This document shows positions 1 to 8,711 of a DNA stretch of 64,000 bases, in pieces. Position 1 is the first letter of the stretch; each line of letters begins with the position of its first letter. Origin of the DNA: an archaeon (GTDB taxonomy: Archaea; Nanobdellota; Nanobdellia; SCGC-AAA011-G17; GW2011-AR20); the NCBI GenBank assembly GCA_002688355.1, contig NZCT01000024.1:111762-175761 (forward strand), written 5' to 3'. The notes beneath the pieces are model-generated. The model saw only the letters and a program-made list of their open reading frames with translations. It did not search any database and had not been told where the DNA came from. The translations under genes were made by a program, and so were the position numbers.

Positions 1-1656
1 TAAACCATGTAAACTTAATATTCTAACTTTCTCTGCTATCGCATCATCATTTGTTAATAATGCTCCACCTTCTCCAGTTGTTATATTTTTAATTGTATAA
101 AAACTAAAACAAGTTATATCTGCTATTGTTCCAACATTTCTTCCTTTATACTGTGCACCAATTGAATGAGCTGAATCAGAAATAACCTTTAGATTATGTT
201 TCTTGGCTATCTCCATAATCTCATCCATCTGACAAGGTTGTCCTGATAAATCAACAGGAATAATAGCTTTTGTTTTCTCTGTTATTTTTTCTTCTATTTT
301 AGTAACATCAATATTTAAAGTCTCTCTATTTATATCTACAAAAACTGGTTTAGCACCAACATGTATTATCATACTAGCTGTTGAAGGCCAAGTTATTGGC
401 GTAGTAATTACCTCATCTCCTTGTTTAATATCCAATGCTGCTAAAGCTAAATGTAAAGCACCTGTACAAGAATTTAAAGCTACAACATTTTTAATGCCTG
501 TATATCTTCTTATTTTTTCTTCAAATAATTTAGTTTTAGGGCCAGTAGTAATCCACCCAGATCTTAATGTATCTATAACTTCCTTTTCTTCATTCTCAGA
601 TATTGTAGGTAAAGCAAAAGGTAAGAAATCTGATCTTATTGTTTTTCCCGTTACATTTGCAGGAGTATCTAGTAAATTTTTAATTGTTTTAATACTATAA
701 TATTTTGTATCTTCTGTATCTTTAATTGTATTATCTAAAATTTTCTCCTTTATCTCGCGAGAGCCAGCCTCTATTGAATAATCTGCAGTATAGCCTAAAA
801 CATTAGTTATCTTATCAAAATTAACATTATAATCTCTAGAATCTTGATCTGCTGGAACCATTTCCACTACAGAATTTTCCACTACAGAATTAATTGCTTT
901 AGCAATATCTTTAACCTGTAAATTTAAATCATTGTTACCAACATTAAATATTTCTCCTTTGACTTTCTCTTGATTTGCTTCTAATACTGTTATGAAAGCT
1001 TTTGAAATATCTTTTGTATGAACATTAGGCCTCCATTGATCCCCACCTAGCACAAATATCTTACCCTCTTTTATTGCATTCTTAGTCATCACATTAACTA
1101 CCAAATCAAATCTCATCTTAGGAGAATAACCAAATGCAGTCCCATTTCTCAATATCGTAGGATGAAAATTTTCATCGTACATTTCTAATAGTATATCCTC
1201 ACCTTCTAGTTTTGTCTTAGCATAAAGAGAAACAGGTTGTTTAGGTGAATTCTCATCTAATTGTTTTGAAATGCCAGCTCCATAAACACTACAAGATGAA
1301 GAAAATATGAATTCTTTTACATCTTTCTCTTTACAAAACTTAGCAAGTTTTTCTGTACCATCAACATTTATCTTTGTTGTATAATACGGATCTAAATCAC
1401 AAGAAGGATCATTAGACAAACCAGCTAAATGCATAACAGAGTCTATTTCATCTAATAAATTTGGATATCTTTCTATATTTTGTAAATCTCCTTTTACTAA
1501 TTCAAAATTAGGATTGTCTTTTAATTCTTCTAAAGATTCATCTCCAAAATATAAAGAATCAAAAACTCTTACTTTATGTCCTTTATCTAAAAGATCTCTA
1601 ACTAAAACAGAACCAATATACCCTGCTCCACCTGTAACAAGTACTCTTTTTGACAT
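1..1656 (-). CDS. Partial (C-terminus beyond window edge) bifunctional protein: N-terminal extended-SDR sugar epimerase/dehydratase fused in frame to a DegT/DnrJ/EryC1/StrS PLP aminotransferase domain
   Basis: Manual translation of the minus strand from ATG at 1654-1656 gives MSKRVLVTGGAGYIGS (Rossmann motif) and YAKTK (YxxxK), then continues without a stop into LPFALPTISENEEKEVIDTLRSGWITTGPK...FSFYTIKNITTGEGGALLTNDD, which are DegT-family motifs, down to position 1. The ORF track lists no separate complete minus-strand ORF here, consistent with one open frame running off the window. Confidence 0.6.
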   Translation of the reverse strand, partial: MSKRVLVTGGAGYIGSVLVRDLLDKGHKVRVFDSLYFGDESLEELKDNPNFELVKGDLQNIERYPNLLDEIDSVMHLAGLSNDPSCDLDPYYTTKINVDGTEKLAKFCKEKDVKEFIFSSSCSVYGAGISKQLDENSPKQPVSLYAKTKLEGEDILLEMYDENFHPTILRNGTAFGYSPKMRFDLVVNVMTKNAIKEGKIFVLGGDQWRPNVHTKDISKAFITVLEANQEKVKGEIFNVGNNDLNLQVKDIAKAINSVVENSVVEMVPADQDSRDYNVNFDKITNVLGYTADYSIEAGSREIKEKILDNTIKDTEDTKYYSIKTIKNLLDTPANVTGKTIRSDFLPFALPTISENEEKEVIDTLRSGWITTGPKTKLFEEKIRRYTGIKNVVALNSCTGALHLALAALDIKQGDEVITTPITWPSTASMIIHVGAKPVFVDINRETLNIDVTKIEEKITEKTKAIIPVDLSGQPCQMDEIMEIAKKHNLKVISDSAHSIGAQYKGRNVGTIADITCFSFYTIKNITTGEGGALLTNDDAIAEKVRILSLHGL

Positions 1657-1708
1657 AATACACCCAATAGTTTTCTTTTGATTAAATTTATAAGCATTAT
1701 GATGGAAT

Positions 1709-2389
1709 TCATTCAAGAAGAGAAAAAATATCATTTAAATCTCTTATTTTATCACAATCTTTTTCTGCATAAATGTCATCTTTATCAAACAAAATTGGTT
1801 TAATTCCTAAGTTTCCAGAGCTAATTATATCTTGTTCATAATCATTACCAACATATACTGTTTTTTCAGCATCCATATCATTTTTAGAAAGAACTGTCCT
1901 AAAAAATTCAGGATCTGGTTTCTCTAGTCCAACATCTGCAGAAGCTACAATAAAATCAAAATAATGAGTAATATCCAAATTTTTACAAAGTTCATGTAAA
2001 ACACTTTCCCAATTAGATAAAATACCTAATCTAAATCCTTTTTCTTTTAATTTTTCTAAAACAGAAATAACTTCTGGAAATAATACCCAATGAGCTTTTT
2101 TAAATTCACTATTTATTTCGATAGCTAATTGTTCAATATTATTCTTAATGCCTAACATGATTAAAATCTTCTTATTTTTTCCTATTAAAAATTCCTTCTT
2201 CTCTTCTTCGTTTTTTAAAGTCAATACAGATGTTTTCATATCAATGTAAAACAAAAACGCTTTCTTCATTTCTTCTTTTTTTATTTTAATATTGTGTCTT
2301 TTAAGAACATTAAGAAATACATCCTCTTTAGAAGGGTCTAACTGAACTAAAGTATCTCCAAAATCAAATAATATATTTTCATATTTCAT
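1709..2389 (-). CDS. HAD-superfamily hydrolase
   Basis: N-terminal LFDFGDTLV (DxDxT HAD motif I) and overall HAD-like layout with a C-terminal GNDYEQD motif IV-like segment. Confidence 0.6.
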   Translation of the reverse strand: MKYENILFDFGDTLVQLDPSKEDVFLNVLKRHNIKIKKEEMKKAFLFYIDMKTSVLTLKNEEEKKEFLIGKNKKILIMLGIKNNIEQLAIEINSEFKKAHWVLFPEVISVLEKLKEKGFRLGILSNWESVLHELCKNLDITHYFDFIVASADVGLEKPDPEFFRTVLSKNDMDAEKTVYVGNDYEQDIISSGNLGIKPILFDKDDIYAEKDCDKIRDLNDIFSLLE

Positions 2390-2391
2390 TT

Positions 2392-3432
2392 CTAAAAATT
2401 ATTATCAACTTCCGATTCTGCATCTTCAATAAATTTATCTTTCTCTAATGATTCTTGATAATCTTTAAAAACATAAACTTCATTCCAGTATCTTAATATT
2501 GTGCCTTTTTTATATTTCATCTCTCCAACATCTTCATTAAAAATAATTTTTCTAATCATTGCCTCAGGAGCGTTAAAACCAAGTTTAGCCCTCATGGGAG
2601 TTGTTCCAGAAACTCTTGGATTTATCTCAAAAACAGTTGGGCCTTTCTTTGTTAATCTCAGTTGAAAATTACAAGGTCCATTAGATCCAATTGCAAGAGC
2701 AGCTTTTTTAACCACTTCATTAATCTCTTCATAATCATCAACTATTGCACTAACTGTAGTACCTTCTAACAACTCACGTTTCATAGTTATACTTCCTAAC
2801 ATTTTCCCATTCAAAACAAGAGCTTCCGAAGTATATTCCTCATCATCAGGTTCTAAATATTCTTGGACAATAGGACTATCCACTATTTTCAATAAAGAAT
2901 ATAACTCATCTTTATCTTTAACTTTATGTACTCCTACTGATCCTCTTCCAACTCTAGGTTTTATTATTAAAGGAAATCCAAGCTTGTCAATCAATTGCTT
3001 AATACCATCTTCATCAGAAGCTAAAACAGTTTCAGGATAATTTAGATTATTTTCTTTAAGAAATTTATAAGTCTCAAATTTATCATTACCTATTCTAATT
3101 ACTTCTTCAGTATTTATAACAACCTTAGCTTTAGTCTTATTTTCTATAATCTCTTTATTTTTAGAAAAAATTGGTAATTCAATTGGTGGAGAAACAAAAA
3201 TTATATCTATATTTTCAGAATTACATATCTCTATTATTTTATCTAGAAATCTATCATCATTTGCTTTTGGAACAATATAACCTTTGTCTATTGTAAAAAA
3301 ACCAGTTGAGTGAGATTTTATATCAGTACCTACAATCCTACACTTTAAATTAGACATCTTAAGGGATTTAATAACTCCTTGTCCAATATTTCCTCCAACA
3401 CCTGTAATTAAAACATTAACAATTTTATCCAT
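2392..3432 (-). CDS. ATP-grasp domain protein (carboxylate-amine ligase-like)
   Basis: Rossmann-like N-terminus (VLITGVGGNIGQG), central PLIIKPRVGRGSVGV, and QEYLEP...FEINPRVSGT, typical of ATP-grasp enzymes (PurT/CarB-like fold). Confidence 0.55.
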   Translation of the reverse strand: MDKIVNVLITGVGGNIGQGVIKSLKMSNLKCRIVGTDIKSHSTGFFTIDKGYIVPKANDDRFLDKIIEICNSENIDIIFVSPPIELPIFSKNKEIIENKTKAKVVINTEEVIRIGNDKFETYKFLKENNLNYPETVLASDEDGIKQLIDKLGFPLIIKPRVGRGSVGVHKVKDKDELYSLLKIVDSPIVQEYLEPDDEEYTSEALVLNGKMLGSITMKRELLEGTTVSAIVDDYEEINEVVKKAALAIGSNGPCNFQLRLTKKGPTVFEINPRVSGTTPMRAKLGFNAPEAMIRKIIFNEDVGEMKYKKGTILRYWNEVYVFKDYQESLEKDKFIEDAESEVDNNF

Positions 3433-4288
3433 TTTTATAATCCTCTAATCCTTTTTCTAAATTATAATTTACTTTATATCCTAATTCTTCTTTAGCTTTT
3501 TCGATGTTTAATAGCATACTCGGACTTAGATCTTTCTTATCCATATCCAAAGATACTTTTAAATTACTATCTGAAAATTTTTTAATTATTAAATTAGCTA
3601 ACTCTATCATTGACGTAGATTTTCCAGAACCGATATTATAAATTCCTGTTTTTCTAGAATTCAAAGCTAAAATATTTGTATTAACCACATCCTTAACATA
3701 GACAAAATCTTGAAATCTTTTGCCTTCTTGAAATAGTTTTAAACTCTCTCCGGCCCTAACAGTTTTTATAAAAAAAGGGAGAACAGTATTTTCATTCTGA
3801 CCTTTTCCATAAACTGAAGAATATCTTAAAGAAATACATCTTAAACCATATTTATTTTTAAATATTTCACAATATCTCTCTCCAATTAATTTAGAGACTC
3901 CATAATAACCATTAGGTTCAAGTAAATCATTTTCTTGAATAGGAAAATTAACAGAGCTACCATAAACAGAAGCAGAAGAACTATTTACTAATTTTACATC
4001 TCTCTTCCTACAAAACTCTAAAACATTTAATAATCCCTTACCATTTACATTCAAACATTTCTCAGCATTTTCTACAGTGTCATTTAAAGGAATAAAAGAT
4101 CCTAAATGAAATACTGTGCCTATATCTTTAGGTAACTTATCAAAATCATCTTTATTAGTTACATCTAATTTTATTAGCTCTTCATTGCCAATAGTTGAAG
4201 TTCCTAAAACATCTAGCCCTTTATTTTTTAAACTAGCTAAAAGATATTTTCCAATAAATCCACTAGCTCCAATTACTAGAACTACCAT
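3425..4288 (-). CDS. NAD-dependent sugar epimerase/dehydratase (extended SDR)
   Basis: MVVLVIGASGFIGKYL glycine-rich NAD motif and YGVSK (YxxxK) catalytic motif. Confidence 0.7.
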   Translation of the reverse strand: MVVLVIGASGFIGKYLLASLKNKGLDVLGTSTIGNEELIKLDVTNKDDFDKLPKDIGTVFHLGSFIPLNDTVENAEKCLNVNGKGLLNVLEFCRKRDVKLVNSSSASVYGSSVNFPIQENDLLEPNGYYGVSKLIGERYCEIFKNKYGLRCISLRYSSVYGKGQNENTVLPFFIKTVRAGESLKLFQEGKRFQDFVYVKDVVNTNILALNSRKTGIYNIGSGKSTSMIELANLIIKKFSDSNLKVSLDMDKKDLSPSMLLNIEKAKEELGYKVNYNLEKGLEDYKNG

Positions 4289-4339
4289 CCAGATATAATC
4301 AAGGGTAAACTTAAAAAGTTTTACTTTGAACTTCCATAT

Positions 4340-5512
4340 ATGAAACTCTTAGTATTGACAACCACATTTTCAAGATTCAAAGGTGATTGGGTCTTACCTA
4401 GCCTAGATGTTGGTGTTAAAGAATTAGCAAAAACAAATGAGGTGCTTGTTATATCTTCTGGAGGAACAAATACTAAAGATATTGAAATTCGTGATAATAT
4501 GAAGATAATAAGATTTAATTATTTTAAAAAATCCCTACAAACTCTAACTTACACAGGCGGAATGTTAGGTTTAACAAGAAAAAGTCTACTAGCAAAGCTA
4601 CAAATTCCTTTTTTCTTAATTTCATTTATGTTAAAAGCATTTAAACATGGTAGATCTTATGATGTTATTCACGCACATTGGTCTCCATCCGCAATTATAG
4701 CAATACCTCTAAAAATATTTTACAAAAAACCAGTTGTTTTATCTTTCCTAGGCGGAGATATAAGAGCAATACCAAAATGGTTTAATAAATTAGCAATTAA
4801 ATATAGTGATGTTGTTCTAGCTCCAGTACCAACAGTACAAGAATACACAAAAGAATTAGGTGGAGAAGATAAAATATCTACTATCAAATATTGTTACGAT
4901 TATGATAGATTTGATAAAAAAGATGATATTTCTGAATTCAAAAAAGAATTTAACCTAAAAAATGAAAAAATAGTTTCTTTTATTGGAAGAATGGATGAAT
5001 TTAAAGATCCAATTACTTTTGTTAAATCTATACCCTATGTTTTAAAGAAAAACAAAAATATTAAATTCTTTATTGTTGGTTATGGATTTTTATTAGATGA
5101 TGTTAAGAAATTAGTTAAAAAATTAAATCTAGAAAAAAACGTAATAATAACAGGACCAAGAAAAGATATAAACGTAATTTTAGAAGCTTCTGACATTTTT
5201 ATTAACCTATCTCCTGAAGAAAATTTCTTTAGTGTAGCAATACAAGAAGCAATTGCAAAACATGTTCCTTGCTTATTGACAAATGCTGGTAGAACTGAGG
5301 AAATATTCACCCATAAAAAAGATTGTTATCTAGTTAATCCAAAAAAACCAAAGGAAGCAGCAGATGCTGTCATTGAATTATTAAACGATGAAAATTTAAG
5401 AAAAAAACTAAGTGAAAATGGTTACAAATTATTAAAAAAACATGGCTTTACTAGAGATGCTGTTATTGGTGGTTTAAATTCCCTATACACTAAATTAAAA
5501 AATAAGAAGTAA
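4340..5512 (+). CDS. Glycosyltransferase family 4 (GT-B fold)
   Basis: C-terminal GT4/GT1 signature region: FIGRMDEFKDP...EASDIFINLSPEENFFSVAIQEAIAKHVPCLLTNAGRTEEI. Confidence 0.65.
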   Translation: MKLLVLTTTFSRFKGDWVLPSLDVGVKELAKTNEVLVISSGGTNTKDIEIRDNMKIIRFNYFKKSLQTLTYTGGMLGLTRKSLLAKLQIPFFLISFMLKAFKHGRSYDVIHAHWSPSAIIAIPLKIFYKKPVVLSFLGGDIRAIPKWFNKLAIKYSDVVLAPVPTVQEYTKELGGEDKISTIKYCYDYDRFDKKDDISEFKKEFNLKNEKIVSFIGRMDEFKDPITFVKSIPYVLKKNKNIKFFIVGYGFLLDDVKKLVKKLNLEKNVIITGPRKDINVILEASDIFINLSPEENFFSVAIQEAIAKHVPCLLTNAGRTEEIFTHKKDCYLVNPKKPKEAADAVIELLNDENLRKKLSENGYKLLKKHGFTRDAVIGGLNSLYTKLKNKK

Positions 5513-5514
5513 TT

Positions 5515-6087
5515 TTAATTCTTAACGATTCTTAACTCATAATAAATATCATCATAAATATTTATTAAAAATTTAGACAAGAAATCTTTTAATGGAAGAA
5601 ATCTTCTAAATCCACCATAAGTAATTAACTCTTCTTTTAGCAATTTAAATTCTGCCTTAGTTTCTTTTATATCAAAAAACTTACTTGTTTTATAATAATT
5701 AAAAGAACCTTTAACAAAAAAGGATTGATGCTGTATATGACCGAAAGAACCATTAGACCATGCAAAAGGAACAAGTATTTTAATTACACAACCAGGTTTA
5801 CCAATTCTATATAATTCATCAAATACCTCCATCCTATGATCTTCTGAAATATGATTTAGAATATGCCTACAATAAATCTCATCAAATTCATTTTCTTTAA
5901 ATGGAAAAGGAGGTTTCCTAATATCGAACACCTTATCAATTCCAGGACCTTTAAACATATCAGTATTAACATATCCTTTAAGTGTATTATTTCCACTACA
6001 AAGATTTAATTTTTTTAAATCACTAGTTTTAGTAGCACCAAATTGATCATACTCTGTTTTTACATTTCTAAATATTTTTCTTAACAT
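5515..6087 (-). CDS. Putative SAM-dependent methyltransferase (Methyltransf_11/23-like)
   Basis: LNLCSGNNTLKGYVNTD motif I-like segment; the match is weak. Confidence 0.35.
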   Translation of the reverse strand: MLRKIFRNVKTEYDQFGATKTSDLKKLNLCSGNNTLKGYVNTDMFKGPGIDKVFDIRKPPFPFKENEFDEIYCRHILNHISEDHRMEVFDELYRIGKPGCVIKILVPFAWSNGSFGHIQHQSFFVKGSFNYYKTSKFFDIKETKAEFKLLKEELITYGGFRRFLPLKDFLSKFLINIYDDIYYELRIVKN

Positions 6088-6128
6088 TTTTTATTTTAAG
6101 TACCAAAAATTTATAACTATTTCCATGA

Positions 6129-6818
6129 TTAATTTTTCTTCTTTAACACAACAATAAAACCAGGAGATAAATTATTCAATAAAGAACTAGGAATTAATTG
6201 TATAATTTCTTTAGGAATAACTTGAAACTTCTCCTCTAAATAATATTTCTTCGGGTTAATCATTATTTTTTTTGTAAAATTATTCATCCTAAAGTATTTT
6301 CTGATCTTATTCTTTAACTGATTAAAAGATAATAAATAAACATCATAATCTTTATTTTTAAAAACTTGTAAATAAAAATCTGCTATTTTCTTTGGTAACA
6401 TCCCAAGAAAGGGTAAAGAGTAATGTGGTTCAATTGGAAAATATTTATTTGGTGTAGCTAAATAACATATCCCATCTTTCTTTAATGTTCTAAAAATTTC
6501 TCGTAAATGTTTCTCTTGATCTTGAACATGTTCTATAACTTGATTTGAAACTATAACATCAAAGAAATCCTCTTTAAAAGGTATTATTTCATCTTTAACT
6601 TTTTTAAATTTGTAAGTCTTTTTCTTAACCCTATAGTCAAAAGTATCAACTCCATAAACATCTTTAGAATATTTGGATAATACATTAGAAATTACTCCAG
6701 TTCCAGAACCAATATCTAATATTTTAGAATTTTTTAACTCTTTAAACTGTTCAATTACTGAAATTATCTTCCTAGCTTTTCTAGATTTCTTAATTATCTT
6801 CTTTTGTAGTTTATTCAT
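6129..6818 (-). CDS. Class I SAM-dependent methyltransferase
   Basis: KILDIGSGTGVISNVLSKYSKDVYGVD (motif I, GxGxG) followed by an acidic motif II, DVIVSNQVIEH. Confidence 0.7.
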   Translation of the reverse strand: MNKLQKKIIKKSRKARKIISVIEQFKELKNSKILDIGSGTGVISNVLSKYSKDVYGVDTFDYRVKKKTYKFKKVKDEIIPFKEDFFDVIVSNQVIEHVQDQEKHLREIFRTLKKDGICYLATPNKYFPIEPHYSLPFLGMLPKKIADFYLQVFKNKDYDVYLLSFNQLKNKIRKYFRMNNFTKKIMINPKKYYLEEKFQVIPKEIIQLIPSSLLNNLSPGFIVVLKKKN

Positions 6819-6852
6819 AGAAATTTAGTATTAGAAAAGTTATTTAAATTAA

Positions 6853-8292
6853 TTATTCTGGTGCTCTTCCAGATCCACCTGATGCTAATGCTAAAGCACC
6901 TAAAACATATTTCTTAAAAATACCCCAATTATCGATATTCATCATCTTTCTTAAGATAATCTTTGGTCTAAAGTAAAAACTTTTTAACGCCTTTCTTTGC
7001 ATTTCTTTTAATTCCTCAGACTCTCTTCCTTTTGATACCCAAGGTAATTGATCATCAGAAAAACCACCCCATGTTTGATAATTATCCCAAGTAGCAGAAC
7101 TTGAAGTTAGCTCCCCATACTTACTAGCTTCTTGATATAATTGTGTTCCAGGATAAGGAACTGTAACTGTAAATTGAGCCCAATCAGGATCTAATTCTTT
7201 AGCAAATTTAATTGTTGCTTCATCATCTTCTCTCTTTCCTCCAGGCAAACCAATCATGAAATAACCACGAGTTTCTATGCCTGCTTTTCTAGCCCATTTA
7301 AACGCGTTTTTTATTTCATCCAAAGTTGCATCTTTTTGTATTGTATCTATTATTTTTTGTGAACCACCTTCAACACCAAAGTGAATTCCCCAACAACCTG
7401 CATTTTTCATTTTCTGTAATAATTCTAAATTTACCAAACCAGCTCTTGTAATACAATCCCATGTTACTTTCTTATGTAATCCTTCTTTTATTATTGCATC
7501 ACACAAATCTTTAGTTCTTTTTTTGTTTAAAGTAAAAGTATCATCTCTAATTAGAATTTCTTTAGCACCATATTTCTCAACTAATAATTTCATTTCTTCT
7601 ACTACGCGAGGAATAGAATGCATTCTATATCCAGTCTTAGCAGTAGCACAAAAAGTACATCTATATGGACATCCTCTTGTTGTTACCATTGTATACGCAG
7701 GTAATCTTTTATAATAAGAAACAGAAGGTCTATACAATTTCATATTAATTAGCTCTCTATTTGGAATTGGGAAGAAGTCTAAATCTTGTATTTTTTCAGC
7801 AGCTTCTGTCTGTATTAATTTCCCTTCTTCTTTGTAGACAATACCTTTTATGTCCTTTAATGAAGTTTTATTCTCAAAAGCATCTAATAATCCTTTGAAT
7901 GCCGCTTCTGCTTCTCCGATAGTTACAACATCAATTGATTTTTCTTTTGCTGTTTCTAACGGCCTCACAGATGCATGAGAGCCTCCAACAATAACTTTTA
8001 TATTTGGATTTATTTTCTTAGCTGTTTTACATACTTGTAATGATTGAGAAAACATAGATGTCAACATAGCAACACCCACCACATCATAATTTCCTTTTCT
8101 TATTCGTTTCTCTAATTGTTCATTAGAAACTCCTTGAGCTTCACAATCCAGTACTCTAACTTCATGATTATGTTTATTTAAGAAAGTAGCAATATAAAGT
8201 AAACTTAATGGTTCAGATTTGGGACCTACTTTTTTCCCTAATTTTTTCCAATACCCGTTATCTAAAGAGGGCATAACTAGTAAAGCTTTCAT
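6853..8292 (-). CDS. B12-binding domain / radical SAM protein (class B radical SAM)
   Basis: N-terminal cobalamin-binding-like domain (MKALLVMPSL...VVGVAMLTSMF...VIVGGSHAS) and radical SAM cluster motif TTRGCPYRCTFCAT (CxxxCxxC). Confidence 0.75.
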   Translation of the reverse strand: MKALLVMPSLDNGYWKKLGKKVGPKSEPLSLLYIATFLNKHNHEVRVLDCEAQGVSNEQLEKRIRKGNYDVVGVAMLTSMFSQSLQVCKTAKKINPNIKVIVGGSHASVRPLETAKEKSIDVVTIGEAEAAFKGLLDAFENKTSLKDIKGIVYKEEGKLIQTEAAEKIQDLDFFPIPNRELINMKLYRPSVSYYKRLPAYTMVTTRGCPYRCTFCATAKTGYRMHSIPRVVEEMKLLVEKYGAKEILIRDDTFTLNKKRTKDLCDAIIKEGLHKKVTWDCITRAGLVNLELLQKMKNAGCWGIHFGVEGGSQKIIDTIQKDATLDEIKNAFKWARKAGIETRGYFMIGLPGGKREDDEATIKFAKELDPDWAQFTVTVPYPGTQLYQEASKYGELTSSSATWDNYQTWGGFSDDQLPWVSKGRESEELKEMQRKALKSFYFRPKIILRKMMNIDNWGIFKKYVLGALALASGGSGRAPE

Positions 8293-8330
8293 TTTATTAT
8301 AGATTTTCTAAGAGCTTATAAATTTTATGG

Positions 8331-8660
8331 CTAGGTTTTTACAAGGTCTCTTGATTTTGCTAATCTCTCTAAAACTGACCAAGCTTCTTCAAAATCTTGT
8401 CGCAAATCTGCAACATATGGAACTTTTGTAATTTCTTCTTCGTATTTTCTAAGATTAGCAAGTATATCTTTAGGTTTTAAACTACTAGCATTTATCATAT
8501 CATAATTCATTTTTGCCATACTAATTGATCTTGGATTTTCTTCCATATCCTTAAAATGGTCTATAGCATTAAGCAAATGTTTTGCATCATATACTACTTG
8601 CCCAAATGTAAAAGATTCTCCGTATATTTCCCTATATCCATCATAAGCACTATCTTCCAT
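8331..8660 (-). CDS. Hypothetical protein
   Basis: ORF only; no recognisable motif. It lies in operon position behind the radical SAM gene. Confidence 0.3.
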   Translation of the reverse strand: MEDSAYDGYREIYGESFTFGQVVYDAKHLLNAIDHFKDMEENPRSISMAKMNYDMINASSLKPKDILANLRKYEEEITKVPYVADLRQDFEEAWSVLERLAKSRDLVKT

Positions 8661-8711
8661 TTTGATTCCTCCAATATTTAAATAATCTAATCTAACAATT
8701 TATAACTCTTT

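Noticed and set aside
494-700. Short plus-strand ORF (68 aa) and many similar 60-150-aa ORFs in the track. Examples are 4116-4298, 5080-5310, 7523-7714, 11312-11551, 12259-12468, 12603-12797, 13699-14145, 13884-14138, 14149-14391, 15034-15324, 15515-15721, 16192-16479, 16592-16813, 18287-18619, 18682-18876, 19303-19503, 19901-20083, 20961-21164, 23107-23304, 26754-26978, 26809-27006, 32708-32968, 33366-33581, 35264-35728, 38973-39167, 39506-39808, 40504-40713, 42324-42704, 47005-47190, 49617-49811, 50689-50895, 51262-51459, 51508-51723, 53556-53768, 54349-54579, 55800-55985, 61048-61245, 61058-61312, 61479-61673, 62332-62601 and 62591-62782.
   Set aside because: Each lies entirely inside, and mostly antisense to, a long ORF with clear domain motifs. 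Their translations are low-complexity and Leu/Phe/Ile-rich, as expected for AT-rich shadow frames. There is no independent evidence of coding.
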